A stretch of 63,866 nucleotides of DNA, counting the filler, from Reclinomonas americana ATCC 50394 (Eukaryota), in the NCBI GenBank assembly GCA_048213135.1. It is 10 parts of 10 records of this genome, joined end to end, with 100 filler letters (N's around TTAATTAATTAA, not from the genome) between each part and the next. Parts side by side here need not be neighbours in the genome. Positions count along the whole stretch, not along the records: positions 1 to 20,189 come from AFZH01022038.1; 9 more parts are not named here. The stretch is one strand, 5' to 3'. Of this stretch, positions 1 through 12,409 are shown one piece after another. Every line of letters starts with the position of its first letter. Position 1 is the stretch's first letter. The notes beneath the pieces are model-generated. The model saw only the letters and a program-made list of their open reading frames with translations, made no database searches and was not told the DNA's origin. A program made the position numbers and the translations under genes.

Positions 1-36
1 CGACACCCCCCCCCCCCCCCTTCCTCGGAATGTCAG

Positions 37-3000
37 CGAAAGCAGATTGAGCAGCAGGCGCAGCAGAGCTTCTTCGAGTCGCTGCCGATGGATGTGCTGG
101 TGCATCTGTTGCAGTTCTTGCCACGCAAGGAGATCTTCTCGTCGATTGGCATGGTGTGCAAGCATGTGCGACAGGCGGTGTTTGCGCGGCCGTTTTGGTG
201 CGTGCTACTGAGTGTGGCACCTGTCTGTATGCGCGCTCACTGGCATGTGCATTTGCAGGCAGTCTGTGGAGTGCTCGCTTGTGGTCGGAGTGACGACGAT
301 TCGATGGGGATGGCTGCATCGGCGTCGCCTCACGCGCAAGATCGGCGAGTTTGTCAAGTCGTTGCACTTGTCGGTGCAGTGGCCGTCGCGCGTCGATCAG
401 TGCCCGTGCGATCGCGTGATGCGCGTCATCAACGAGGTGCAGAGTTCTCCTTTTGTCGCTGCGTTCCCACGGGCTGACTCACGCTTGCACTGCGTGGATG
501 CACAGACGCTGCCGAACATCACCGAGTTGCACCTGGAGTGTTCACCCGACACCTTCTCTCAGACCGAGTTCTACACGGACACCATGTTGCCGCTGCTGCT
601 GCGCGAAATCAGCCCTGTGAAGCTGCGACTGCTCAATGCGGTTTCGTTGGAGCGCTTCGGTCCGTTTCTGTCGGCGTTCCGTGCCGCGCCGTACGAGATC
701 GAGGTGTCGGTGGCGTACGAGAACCCCTCCTCCAACGCGGAACCATTACCATTACCGCGGCCCATGAAGGTCTGGTGTGTGTGTCACTCCTGGACAGGCG
801 TGTGTGTGTGCTCACACCGCTGCCACACAGATTCCGCGAAGCATTGCAGCACTAACCATAGAGACCGACACTGACTTGAGCAGATCGCTTCCGTTACCGC
901 TGCAGCTGCTTCGTCGTGGGCGGTCACTGAATGCGATTGATGTGCGTCTCAGTGCTTTGCGAGTCACGTGCTGTCACGTCGATTTCTCATCGTCTTTCAT
1001 CGCAGACGGTAGCGCCACCAGTGGAGCATCTTGCCAGTTTCCTAAAGGGACGCCATAAGATGCTTACCAGTGTGGCGTTGTCGGGATGGAAGACAACACC
1101 GTTGTCGGTGGTGCAGCCGCTGCACGGGTTGACGAGTTTGAATTTGCAAGACATTGATAGTGCGCCTTTTGCGTCAGCATTCATTCGTATTCTATATGTA
1201 TGCACTGTGCTCACATGTGTGTGTGTGTATGCGTGCAGCTAGCGAGTTTGATGTCGCATTTCCGCTTCTACAGCAGCTCAAGTTGGTTTTCTCGCGTGCC
1301 GCATCGCACGTGACAGTGTCGCTGGCGTGTCCACAAGTTGCGGCCGCGCCTTGCACTCGGTCTTGCGTTTCCCCTCTCTTTGTTGGTTGTTGACAGCGCG
1401 CCATCAGCTCGCTTCGTTGAAGGTGGTTGCACGCAGTTTAACACTGGAGTGTGTGGAGCCCGCCGCACGCTTCCAGCTCGAGATGCGAGTGCGACATATC
1501 CACGAGAGTTCGTTGGCGGGTGTGGCGGCACATCTGAGCCGCCTCGCTCTCACGTGTGGGCACGGCTCACTGGCGCTGGAGAGTCCAACCCTCGAATCGT
1601 TTACTATTGACTTTCTCGGCAAGTGCACGCTCGTGGATCTGAATTTGTTGCGTGGCCATGAGTGCCTTGCCACCGTGTTGTCGCATTCATGCTGACTTGC
1701 GTGTTGTGCCAGGCCGCGCGCTGAACGCGGCACCATGTATGTCAGGCTGGTGCCCCAGTCGGCGATGCTGATTGCGCCTGCACTTCGTCGGCTGGTACTG
1801 AAGGAGGAGGCTATTGTGCGTCATGCCGCTCGCGTGTCATGTTGGTGGCTGTCCCATCTGATGTGCGCTCGTGGCACAGGCTGCAAGCGAGTTGCTGATT
1901 TTGAGGTGTCGCCGAACCGCGGTGTCCATGGTCAGCAGCACATCGACGCCGCGAGTGACGCCACTCCTGCTGGCCGCCAACTCGTGTGTCCACACTCGAC
2001 AGCTGCAGCGTGTTTTAGTGGTTTGTTTCGTGCGTGCTGCGATTTCTTGTGCACGATGCAGAGTCATGATCGTAGAAAGCGAAAGCAGATCTCTCCGCAA
2101 GCTGACCTTGAGGTAGACGAACTGAAGCATTTGCGGGTGCCATTAGCCGTCACCGGCTACCCGCCGTTGCCGACCGACGCAAAAGACTGGTCGCGATGGC
2201 TGCTCGGCGTTCTGCCGTCGGTTGCCAGATCGCTGCAAGTGAGTTCTGCGTGCTTCATGTATGCAACGATGCCACAGCTCACTAACCCAAGCACTCCAGG
2301 ACCTCTGCGTGCAGCAGTCCGCGGACAACATTGTCGGGATGCTCAGCAGTCACTGCGTGTTTCAGGCATTGACCGAGCTCGAATGTGAGTTCTGATTGTG
2401 ACGAATGCTCATCGATTTCTTTGTATGTGTAAGAGAGATCTCTCACCTGGCAAACGCAGTGGCGCTGCCGGCCGAGGAGCCAGAGATGGATCTGCGACGC
2501 TGGGCGCCACAATGTCGCACGGTGAAACTGCGCACTCACAGTGTGCGGCGACTGCTGTCCGATGTTGTCACCAGCGTCACGTTTGTTGCCATGAAAGAGG
2601 CGCAGGAGACGCACATCGTGTGCCCGGCGTTGGAGACGGTGGGTGTGCTCAATGTCATGAAAGAGAGCAGAAAGAGGAAGTGGTTGTTAATCAAGCTTAT
2701 GTGTGCATTGCTTCGCAGCTTACGGTGGTGCAGTCGGAGTTTGACTTTACGCTGGACCCGTGTCCGCTCGACTCGCTGATGTTTGAGGACTCGTCGTCGC
2801 GCTTCAAGATCGCCAATCCCGTCAGCGATCTCATCGTCAACGGCAGTTGTCGTTCATTGGTGCCACTTGGCGCGTTTCCACTTGATGTGGCCACGTTCTG
2901 CGAAGTGCAGACGAGTACGCTGTACGCAGTACTGAACGCTCTGCGCCCGACCTCATCGATTGAGGTACTGGAGTGCCAGCTAGATGAACAACTGACAGTG

Positions 3001-3870
3001 CTTGATCACGGTGCCATTGCACCGATGCACTTTACCAACTGTGTCGTGTTCGCTTTTCCGGTGCGTTGCATGTATGGAGGAGAGAAAAGATGAACAGACT
3101 CGGACTGACTTGACAAGCTGTTGCAGGATGTGCCAACGTCTCTGACATTCGTCAGCTGTCACTTCCGTGTGCCTCCGCCGCGCACCGACTGTGAGATCAC
3201 GATTCGCTCATCAGTGTCGTGGAGAACGTGCTACTTCAACGAGAACATCGACATTTTCGTGGAGCAGGATGATGAGACTCAGGCGCCACTGGCAGTCGAG
3301 TTTCACCATTGTTCCTTTGCTGTCGATGGTCGGTACCGCCTGACTGTGTGTCCAGGCCCGCTCCCAGTTGCGTGTTACTTGCTTGGCAGCTCCACAAATG
3401 CCCGAGCCGGCTCGCTCACCACTCAACAGGTGTCGGTTGTCGGATTCCCGTTCGCGGTGCAAGTGGGATCGACCACCGGCACCGCACGCGAAGCGCAGAG
3501 AGCGTCAGGTGCATCTGCAGACTCCGCCACGAGTTTGGTGTTGCATACGCAGGAGGAACAGGTAAAATCGGTCGCGCGTAAACGTGGGACTGGCAACGAC
3601 CGCAAAGTGGCGAACGATGCCTATGACCATGCTGTTGCCGATGACTATGACGACGACGATGACGACGAAGAAGAAGAAGAGGATGGAAAGGACGGCACCG
3701 ATGAAGACAATGAGGTGCAGGTGATGGACGATGATAATTCCAATGATGATGTGGACGGTGATGATGATGATGATGAAGATGATGATGGTGACGGAGGAGA
3801 GGTGTATGAGGCCAGCCAATTAATACCGTGCGTGGTGAGCCAGCAGCTGTTCCCCCTGGCGCGGAAATAG
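37..3870 (+). CDS. F-box protein with LRR-like region and acidic C-terminus (multi-exon, 5' partial)
   Basis: F-box motif FFESLPMDVLVHLLQFLPRKEIFSSIGMVCKHVRQAVFARPFW. Downstream LxxLxL-type segments include LPNITELHL and LHGLTSLNL. About 13 short GT-AG introns, e.g. 198-258 and 1647-1712. Ends in a D/E-rich tail and TAG at 3870. Confidence 0.75.
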
Positions 3871-3881
3871 GTAAATAGCAA

Positions 3882-6800
3882 TTATAATGAATGATAATGA
3901 CATTGTGTACTCTCTATTTTGCGCTCTTTCCTTGCCACCTCCGCAGTTGACGCACCCACGAGTCGCGCTGGTGGCAACGACGGAGTTAGCAATATATAAT
4001 GCGCAGACGATGAAGACTGACGAGTGACTTTACACAACTTCATGTTCCTTGTGAGAGCAAATGAAGCGATCGCGTCGATCGCCCTGAACAACAACCCGGA
4101 ACCAGTACGTGTTGCAACCGTGGAACTCTACCACAACAGGAACAAAGGTCAGGCAGTGGCTGGTTGCACACAACAAGATTGCAGTCTGCAACGATCGGGG
4201 GACAGCGATGGTGGCGCCGAGTGCTCCGACTCCACTCGAAGCACTGCCGACCGTGAAATCTCGACACGCTTGTGCTTCTTCTCATCGTCAAAGTACAGAA
4301 CAAACACTGCACAGAGGTATTGGTAAGTACCGCGCACTCGAATATGTCCGAGGAGTCATTACCATCGGAAAACAACGCCAGCCACACATTCTCCATCTCG
4401 GTTTGCTGTCCGTGGCTCACTTTCAGCGGAGTGGGTCGCGCACTCGTACTGCTGCGTAGCAACTTGCGGCGTGGCACCACCTGGCGATACGACACGCACA
4501 AGTCAGCTTCTGCACTCTTGAACAATGCATTTCTCTCTCGAATGCACCTGCATGCCGAAGAGTTGCTGCAGTCTGCGAACGTCCTCCAAGTGCAAATCTG
4601 CATGCTCGCAGTACCGCGTCCACAACAGCTTTGCGTCTTGGCACAGATGCACTTCCGTGGACGTGTCGAGTATATCGGAGAGTGTGTCTGCCGACGACGA
4701 GCATACCAGGAAGGTGCGCAAATCTTCCGGAGTGGAGGACAGCACACCATCGAGCTCGTTGCACATGGAAGCCATGCGCAATTGTGCATTGCGAGCAACT
4801 GTGTGCGGCAACAGAGGTGAGCACACAGGGCGGTCAGCCATCGACAAAGCGAGGAGAGACCTCGAGTGGCTTGGAGCTCGGGAATGCGTGCGCTCTCGGC
4901 GGCAAACTCCGCCACATCTCGCTCGAGGCTTGACAGCAATTCTACAATAGCGTGTGAGAAGGAGGTTTCTTCAGAAGGTTCACATCGAGCGTACCAATAA
5001 CATCGGCACCACGCTCCGCCAGTCGGTACGAGGCATGCACGATCGGCAGGCTGACTTGTCCGCTCTCGTCCACCCAATCTGTGTCATCATGCGACACCTC
5101 CCAATCTTCGAGCCTCGCGCTGCAAGGGTGCGCATTGTTGAGTGACAAGAAGCACTCCACAGTGCAGCACGCGTAGTCACACAACGCACCCGAATTCAAC
5201 AGCCGTCGCAGAGAGCAAGCGACCCAACGGAAGCCGACGATTTAACAGCGTCCAATCCGCCAGGTCACTGGATTCGCAATCAAATTGCTGCAAGACACCG
5301 AGGCGCTCCGCCAGACGTCGGTGCTCATGGACGTGACCCTGTCGCGCGCAGTGAGTGTCTGTGGCATACCAACACAACGCAACAGACTCCGAGACTAACC
5401 TTGAACAGCTCAAGAAAGTGGATGAAGCGCAAATGTCGAGAACCCAGCACGGGTTGATGAGCGGCCACGATTCGCCTCATGGGCGCTTCGTGCTCAGCCA
5501 GAAACTAGCAACGCACAACAGAGCAAGGAGCAGACAGAAGACATGAGCAGTTCCAACGCACTCACAAACGATGAGAGACTGGGACGCACTCGTTCGCAAG
5601 TTGTCTGGTACAGGAGCACGGTGCGCTTGAGGTGGGAGATGTGCTACATCATGCAGGTGACAGTCAAGTCGAAACATCGGCGAAGTGCACCTGCGCGCAT
5701 CGATTGTGTTTCCTTACCTTTGCACGTCGCTGCAAGCATGCCAAGTGATGAGCATCCTCTCGGTTCAGCGACGACAGTGGCGGTGGGAGACGCTTTGCCC
5801 GGTTCCAGAATTTCCATTGCCGATCGACGTGGGCAGCCCTGCATATGCATGCATGGTCAGCGTGCGAATGCGTGCACAGCGAGTGGAATCTACAGACCAG
5901 TCGAGAACATTGACGGGCAGCTCGCTGCGTCGCGTCTCGGCCGAGTTGCCAATCATCAGCGCGAGCTGAACGAGGCTCTCTCTGGTGCATTGCACCAGCG
6001 CTTCGTCATCAGAGACGAGTGGCTGCGGAGGCACATGCAGGTGAGGGGCACAAGCGCGAAAACACTCTCGGTCGTTAGGGCAAGCAGGGCACGAACTGCG
6101 GACAGCGCGGCGTGGAATAAATGCTCTCCTCCAAGTAGCTGCCTGTCCTGGTCGTCGACAATCAGTTTGTGCAAACGAGCTGCACTCTCCAACTCGCGCT
6201 CTACATCGCTCGCAGACACATCGGTGCCCGTGATCACTACAAGATGCGGTTGAGCTACTCGAGTGCGAAGCTGCAAAAGACCCGCTCCATTGCTCAGCAT
6301 CCTTTTGTGGTGCACAGAGAGAGACTGCAGCACAGCACGCCTTACCTTCTGGAAGGCTTGCACAGTAATGTCGCAGAGTGGTTGAAGGTGTGCACACTCG
6401 TTCACGTGTAGCACAAGCATGTTCGCCACACTCGAGAGCATAGTTGCCACAACGACTGCCTCTCTGGCTCGCACCGGATCATGAGAAAAAAGTGAACAAT
6501 CATTGATACCTGCGCACCATCCACGCAACTCCACGTCCACGGATGGTGCCGACAACACGACGACATCACGGGGAGCACTCAGTGGTCCTGGCGCCGTGCA
6601 CGTGCCAGTGGACATGAAGGTGCCAGTCATTAGAGTGTGATCAGTGGACTCGGAAAAGTTGGTTCCAAACAAGAAATTGAGCACGGCCGATCTGTTGTTG
6701 TCGACCACCATTCAGCGCCCAGTGTTGACGAGCAACAAGAAAGTCAGTCACACGAAACTGTTGAGTGTTGCAGATACCGAGCGCCGCGATCACCAGTGAG

Positions 6801-8020
6801 CGTTCCGGATCCGGGCTCTCGTATGCACCATCGAGGCTACTTCGAGGACTGCTGTTGGCAGACTCCGCCGCCGCCGCTGCTGCGCTAGCGGCTGCCGAAG
6901 ATACGCCGGCGCAGCTACTCACTTGCCAACAGGGTGGCGTCGCACGAGAGGATAGCAGCTGCAGAGCGCTTTGCTTGAGAACCGAATGATCCAGAAACTC
7001 GGTGGTGGCACTGATGACGCGAACGCATCGCCTGTCGGTCACCCAGATTGTGAACGCGTCGTGTGTCAACGAGCGGGAACCGTCGGCAGGGGAGCTCACG
7101 CGCTCAAAAGCCTAATATCAGTGCGTGCGCGTGAGTGTGTGCGTCCTGATGCCGGAAAAGAACAATAACACGAGAACGTGTGCAATCTCACCAGCAACTC
7201 TTGCCAGAAATCGTCCGCCGTGCACGTCACACACATGCCTGGTGGCAGATCGCGCAGCAGATTGTCGACCAAGTGACACAGGTTGCACACGTCGCCAACG
7301 CCTTCCATGGCGGCACACACGTTGCTTCTGAAGAGTGCTACAGGCGGCGACAAGGCCTCACTCTCCGGACACACAAACACCGCAGAACGAGAGTGGCGAA
7401 GAGTGTCGGACGACCGCAAGTGTTCTTGCTGCTTTGTACGCACCGTTAGCAAGCAGGGGCACTCGCTCCTCCTCTGCGCACACACACACACACACATACG
7501 CACACGCACCAGCTGCAGGTCGGCGAGCAAGGCGATATTCGGAAAGAGACTGCTGTAGGTCTGGTGTGCCGGCAGCAACTCCAACAGTCGATGCGACAAC
7601 TGCGACGACAAACGCACCACAATCGTGAGCCTCACGCCAGCAAAGTCATTTTCCCCATTACGTGCAGTACCAGCAAATGATCGGCGTGCTGCAAGTCTGG
7701 TTCCGTGGCAGCCTGCTTGGCTTCTGCCGACAGTTGCCGCAGCTCATCAATCTGGCGCGTTAGCTCTGCCACCGAAGCGTCGTCAGAGTCCTGCATTTGA
7801 CGTAAAAGAAAGGAAAGGAAAATGTAACGAAGTGATCGGCGCTGGAATAGTGCAGCATGCGACAAGAACTCACTTCTGATGTCATCAGGCGACGCCGCTG
7901 CGCCAGCAACATGTCAATTTGGAGATCACGCTCCGCAAACTGTTGCCTGACCTGCAGCACTCGGCGGTGCTGCTCGAGCTTGTCGTGGTTCTCTTGGCGC
8001 AGCTCTTGCAGCTGTGTCAT
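3882..8020 (-). CDS. Large multi-exon protein: N-terminal coiled coil plus degenerate VLIG/RHD3(Sey1)-like GTPase-fold domain
   Basis: Starts MTQLQELRQENHDKLEQH. Splicing out 6692-6758 gives SLVIAALGICNTQQSAVLNFLFGTNF...TLMTGTFMS...VVVLSAPS...ATMLSSVANMLVLHV, which resembles the G1-G3 region of VLIG/Sey1 GTPases. The 3' exon structure and end are uncertain. Confidence 0.5.
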
Positions 8021-8438
8021 GGTGGCGGCAATCTATACAAGACCGAATCACGCAACATTAGCAATTGGCATGAGCAGCGAACAGTACGGGTGCCACCGAC
8101 CTCAGTGATCACTGCATGCAGTGCTGCATAGATGCACTCGACTTGTGCGGTATCCGCAAGAGACTGTACAGGAGAAGAGAGAAGGAGAGAGCAGTGTGAG
8201 CAGGAACAAAAAAGCACACAGGCGCTGCGGATGCGAACTGACCGCCGATAACACTGTGCTCTCGTCGGCGACGGCAGCGCTCCACTGTTGAACACCAGCA
8301 CGCGGCAGTAGCCACTGAGTATCTTCACTGACTTTGCGGATGCGCGACACGTGTGCACCACACCAGGCATCGGCAACTGCATACGCTCCTGTGCAGATTG
8401 AAGTGTTGGCGAGGGAAGAGGAAATCACGCGGAAACCA

Positions 8439-10170
8439 TCAACGGAAACTTGCAACGTCGCCACCATAGTGTGCCAGTCGTTGAGGAGCAAAAGTAAAGC
8501 CAAACGCATCGTCGAACAAACGAAGCACTTCTTCGATTTGTAGCCGCCAGCGCTCGAGCCGCTCCTTGTCACGTGTAATCTCGGCATCCAGTTGCTCACC
8601 ACGCTGCACGAGTTGGCGACACGATGCTGCCCGACGCTGACCCAGTTCACGAACAGCAGCGGTGAGTCGCTGACGTGGCCCGCCGGAGCTGCCCTCGCCA
8701 CTGTCTTCGCCGTTCAGTGACACCTCTCGATCGAGTAGTCGTCGCGAATCGTCTGCACTCGCCGCCGCCTCGTTCGCCATCTCCAGGAGTTCCGACACCG
8801 CCGGCGCAGCCAAGCTGGCGCGGTTACGCAACGGTGCTTGGTTCAACTGTGACGACAGGAGCACGTCGGTAATCGATGCACATCGACGCAGGAGCACCAC
8901 ACAGAGACAGCTACGCAACATGTCCGTCAGCGTGCAAGTACATGATCAAGTCACAGGCCTTCATCATGCAAGCTGCACGCTGCCGGCTCTGCATCCACAC
9001 GTTGATGTCGCGCACCAGCTGTGAAGTTTGCTCGTCGCCCGCCAGACGGCGGAAGCACTCCACCTCCGAGCGTCGGTCGTCTAGTCGAGGTACTGGCGGC
9101 GGTTGCGGTCGATGCGGAACCGCGTGGACGGTCATGATGCGGTCAAACTGTGTGCACAGCAACATGTGCATCGCATGCGACGACAACGAGCTCACACAGT
9201 GCGCACACACCACTCGTACCTCTCGCACGAACACGCTGGTCGCCTCCTCGTCACGCAGCACGATGCGAATGTCGGAGAGAGTGGACGTTGCCGGCAAACG
9301 TGCGATGAAAGCGGCCACCGTTCGCAGCATGACCGTGGCCGCAGAAGAGCGTGATAACTCTGTGCCACACACGCACACATCGGCACGGAAGGCATACAAG
9401 CAACAGTGAGAGTGTGGAGCGACGCACTGGCAAATCCAGTTCCGATGGCAGGAAATGCGATCGAGCCGCAGCTGTTGCGATCGGCCAGGTCGAGGCAGCG
9501 CGCTACACAAACGCCCAACACTGCCTCCGTGCGGTGAATGTCGCCGTACTCGCCGTCGGCGTCCGAACACGGACCCACTGCCGAGCGACGACACGACGTG
9601 AGTACCACTAATTATCTTCGACACGCAGAGAGAGTACTGTATGCAACTGGCATGAATGACGAAGCGGATGCCGCATCGAGTGGCCAGTGTTCCACCGCCG
9701 AGAGCGATCAGTGCCTGTACACACAGACACGTGGCGACAGTGATGCACACGTGCATCTGACAACACAACGACGACAACGAACGACGACGCACCGCTCCCG
9801 GCTGCAGCTGCTTCTGGCCCGTCTCTTTCAGCACCCTGCGCATCGTGGCCTTGGCATTGTCGACGAGCTCCGTGCCACCGGCTTCTGCCAACGCCGAGGA
9901 AACAGTGGCCTGCCTCCCTCTCACGAAGCGCAGATTTGCATTGGTGGGGTTCACAACGACGTCCACTGCATGCTGCAGCAGGTCACACTGCAAAATCTGC
10001 TCAACCAGTCAGCCAGGCAGCGAAGGGTTGCGTCAGCGTACAACGACCGGCACCTGCAGGCGGCGGCCACTCCACGATACGAAGCAGCGATGCACGTCAA
10101 GACCGGGACCTTCGCCGACTTCGACACAATGGCCGTGAAGTTGCCACTCAGCCTCGTCATCGTCGTCCAT
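8439..10170 (-). CDS. Macrodomain protein with C-terminal coiled coil
   Basis: ILQCDLLQHAVDVVVNPTNANL, FVIHA and SIAFPAIGTG are macrodomain hallmarks. Several short introns. The start could lie further upstream. Confidence 0.8.
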
Positions 10171-10337
10171 GAGCTCTACTCTCTCCGCAGATGACTCCAA
10201 AAAAAGAACTCACAGTGTGCGTGGCTGTGCCGTGTTTTGCTTTGTCGTCTCCGTCAATGTCGTCGTGTGCAACGAGTTGTCTTGTCAGGCTTGCATAAGC
10301 GTTCGTTCGGTATCATATCAAAGCAAAAGCGAACGCC

Positions 10338-12383
10338 ATGCGACGCACCGTCAGCGGCTCAGCCGTGCTGGAGGAGTACGCCATGACTGTTGCGTGCACG
10401 CACGCACACAAGCGCGCGCACGCTGTGTTTCACATCTCACTGAGTGATTCTCGTGCAGCCAGCCGCGCTCATGACCTTCTCCTTCGCGGCGGCCGTCGAG
10501 GCTGGCGACGGCGACGATGGCGAGTGCCTGCGGGAGGCAGGGCCTTCGGCAGCAGCCGATGGACTGGAACCGTGGGCGGCGCACTTGTTGGAACAACTCG
10601 TGGGAGTGGCGATTGCGCGCGATGCCGACGAAGAATCAACAGTGGTGATTGCTGATGGATCCATGCTGTGGCCTGAGCCGGGCACGTTGGTCGCCGGTGA
10701 GTGAGAGAGGGAGAGAGAGGAGGAGGAGGAGAGAACTGAGTGAGAGATTGATTCCGTGTTGTTCGTCTGCAGAGATTCAGCTGGAGCCCGGTCCGCATCT
10801 GTCGTCGCTCCTGCTGATGGAACCGCTGGTGTTTCGGCAGCGGCGGAATCGGCACTGTGGGTACTATGCACTGCACAACTGCTTGTGTTTCATGGAGGAG
10901 GGTGCGTGCGTATGTGTGTGTGTGTGCTGGACGCATTGGCATATAGATCCGGACCGACCTCACTCATCCCACACCAACGCAGGCATGTTTGTCGACGCCA
11001 GCGGGGAACCGCACTTTGGGCAGTTGCGCGACTGCATTCGGCACTATGGGGATCGTGCACCGTGGCGCATGCGAGGCGAGTTCTGGCGTGAATTCAATCG
11101 CATCCACGGTGAGCTGCGTGCCGAGTGTCAACGACAGGGCGACCACGGGAACCCGGTGCGTGCGTGCCATACATCTGATCAGTGCAGGGAAACACCGCTC
11201 TCATGCAATGTGAGCATAGTGGCGCGTGCAAGACGTGGAGGACGGCACAATGGAGCGGCCGTATGTGGATTTCCTCGTCGACGAGCGGGGCGACTCGGCC
11301 GTTCGTGCACTCACCGGTCTCCATCCGTCCCTGCGACACTGCATCCAAGCTTTCTCGGAGTTCTCGCCATTCAGCCTCAAGGTGCGTGACATGCTTGCGA
11401 CGAGAGACAACTTGGTGGTCGGCGTGCTTACAGAGGGGGGTCAGCGTGGTGATGTCGAGCTGTTCAGCTTGGATCGCCTGTACACGGCACTGCGTGAGCT
11501 GCACGACCGCCCCACTGGTCGCGTCGCTCTCATGATTGGCGTGTATGCACACTGGGTGGCCGTCATTATCAACAAGCCGGCGCACAACAGCGTGGAAATC
11601 CTCCTTTGCGACTCTTTCAATCCGCACGTCGTTCGTGCCACCGATGCCGAAATTGTGCAGCATGCCATAAATCGGGTGCGTGGCGCCCTTTCTCTCCCTT
11701 TCCTCCCTCCCTCTTTCGTTGTCTTCTCAATCGCACGCACAGCGTCGGCTTCTCAATTGGGACGACGCAACCTTTGAGGAGGCGGTGGAGTCGATGAAGT
11801 GCGCACGCGCGGTGGTGTGGCTGGTGGTGGAGTGCGTGCGCGATCCGGAGAATGTGCGACGCGTGTACTGTCGCTACCTGGTGTACGGCTATCTGGAGCG
11901 TTTCTATCGTGTGGTCCTCGGCATGGCCGACCTCGATATGGTGACGCACTTTGTTTGTCTCGCTCGCGAGAGCGCTGCATGCGCCATGTGTCTCATTGTT
12001 GTGTTGTTTGTGGGGGAGAGCAGGACACGGTCGATCTGGACGAGTTGGAGAGCGCTGTGTGGTCGGAGCATGGCTTCTCGGTGCGCGCACTGCGCGAGTG
12101 GATCAACGATTACGACCCACCGCAGCAAGTATCCACACTGATCTTTGGTCGCATTCGTACGGTGCGCCACTTCTGCACATCTCTTTCGGTCTCTCCCTCT
12201 CTCACATCGCAGGTGTGCTGTGAGCAGGTCGGCACCAAGTACCTGGTGGAGCCGACTCGTGGCTTCCTGCTGCGCTGGGCTCGTCGCATCACTGACGAGG
12301 CAGCGTCGTTTGTCGATCAGGACTGCAAGAAGCTGCTGGCACTGACGGCGGAGATTACGAAAATGTTCGCCGACCCACCGTAG
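10338..12383 (+). CDS. Papain-fold cysteine peptidase, Josephin-like
   Basis: Candidate catalytic residues: Cys in FRQRRNRHCGYYALHN (about 10856), His in AHWVAVII (about 11550), Asp in LLCDSFN (about 11610). Multi-exon; first donor is GTTGCG at 10388; TAG at 12383. Confidence 0.6.
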
Positions 12384-12409
12384 CGCACGTGCTGTTTTCT
12401 GTTTACCAG

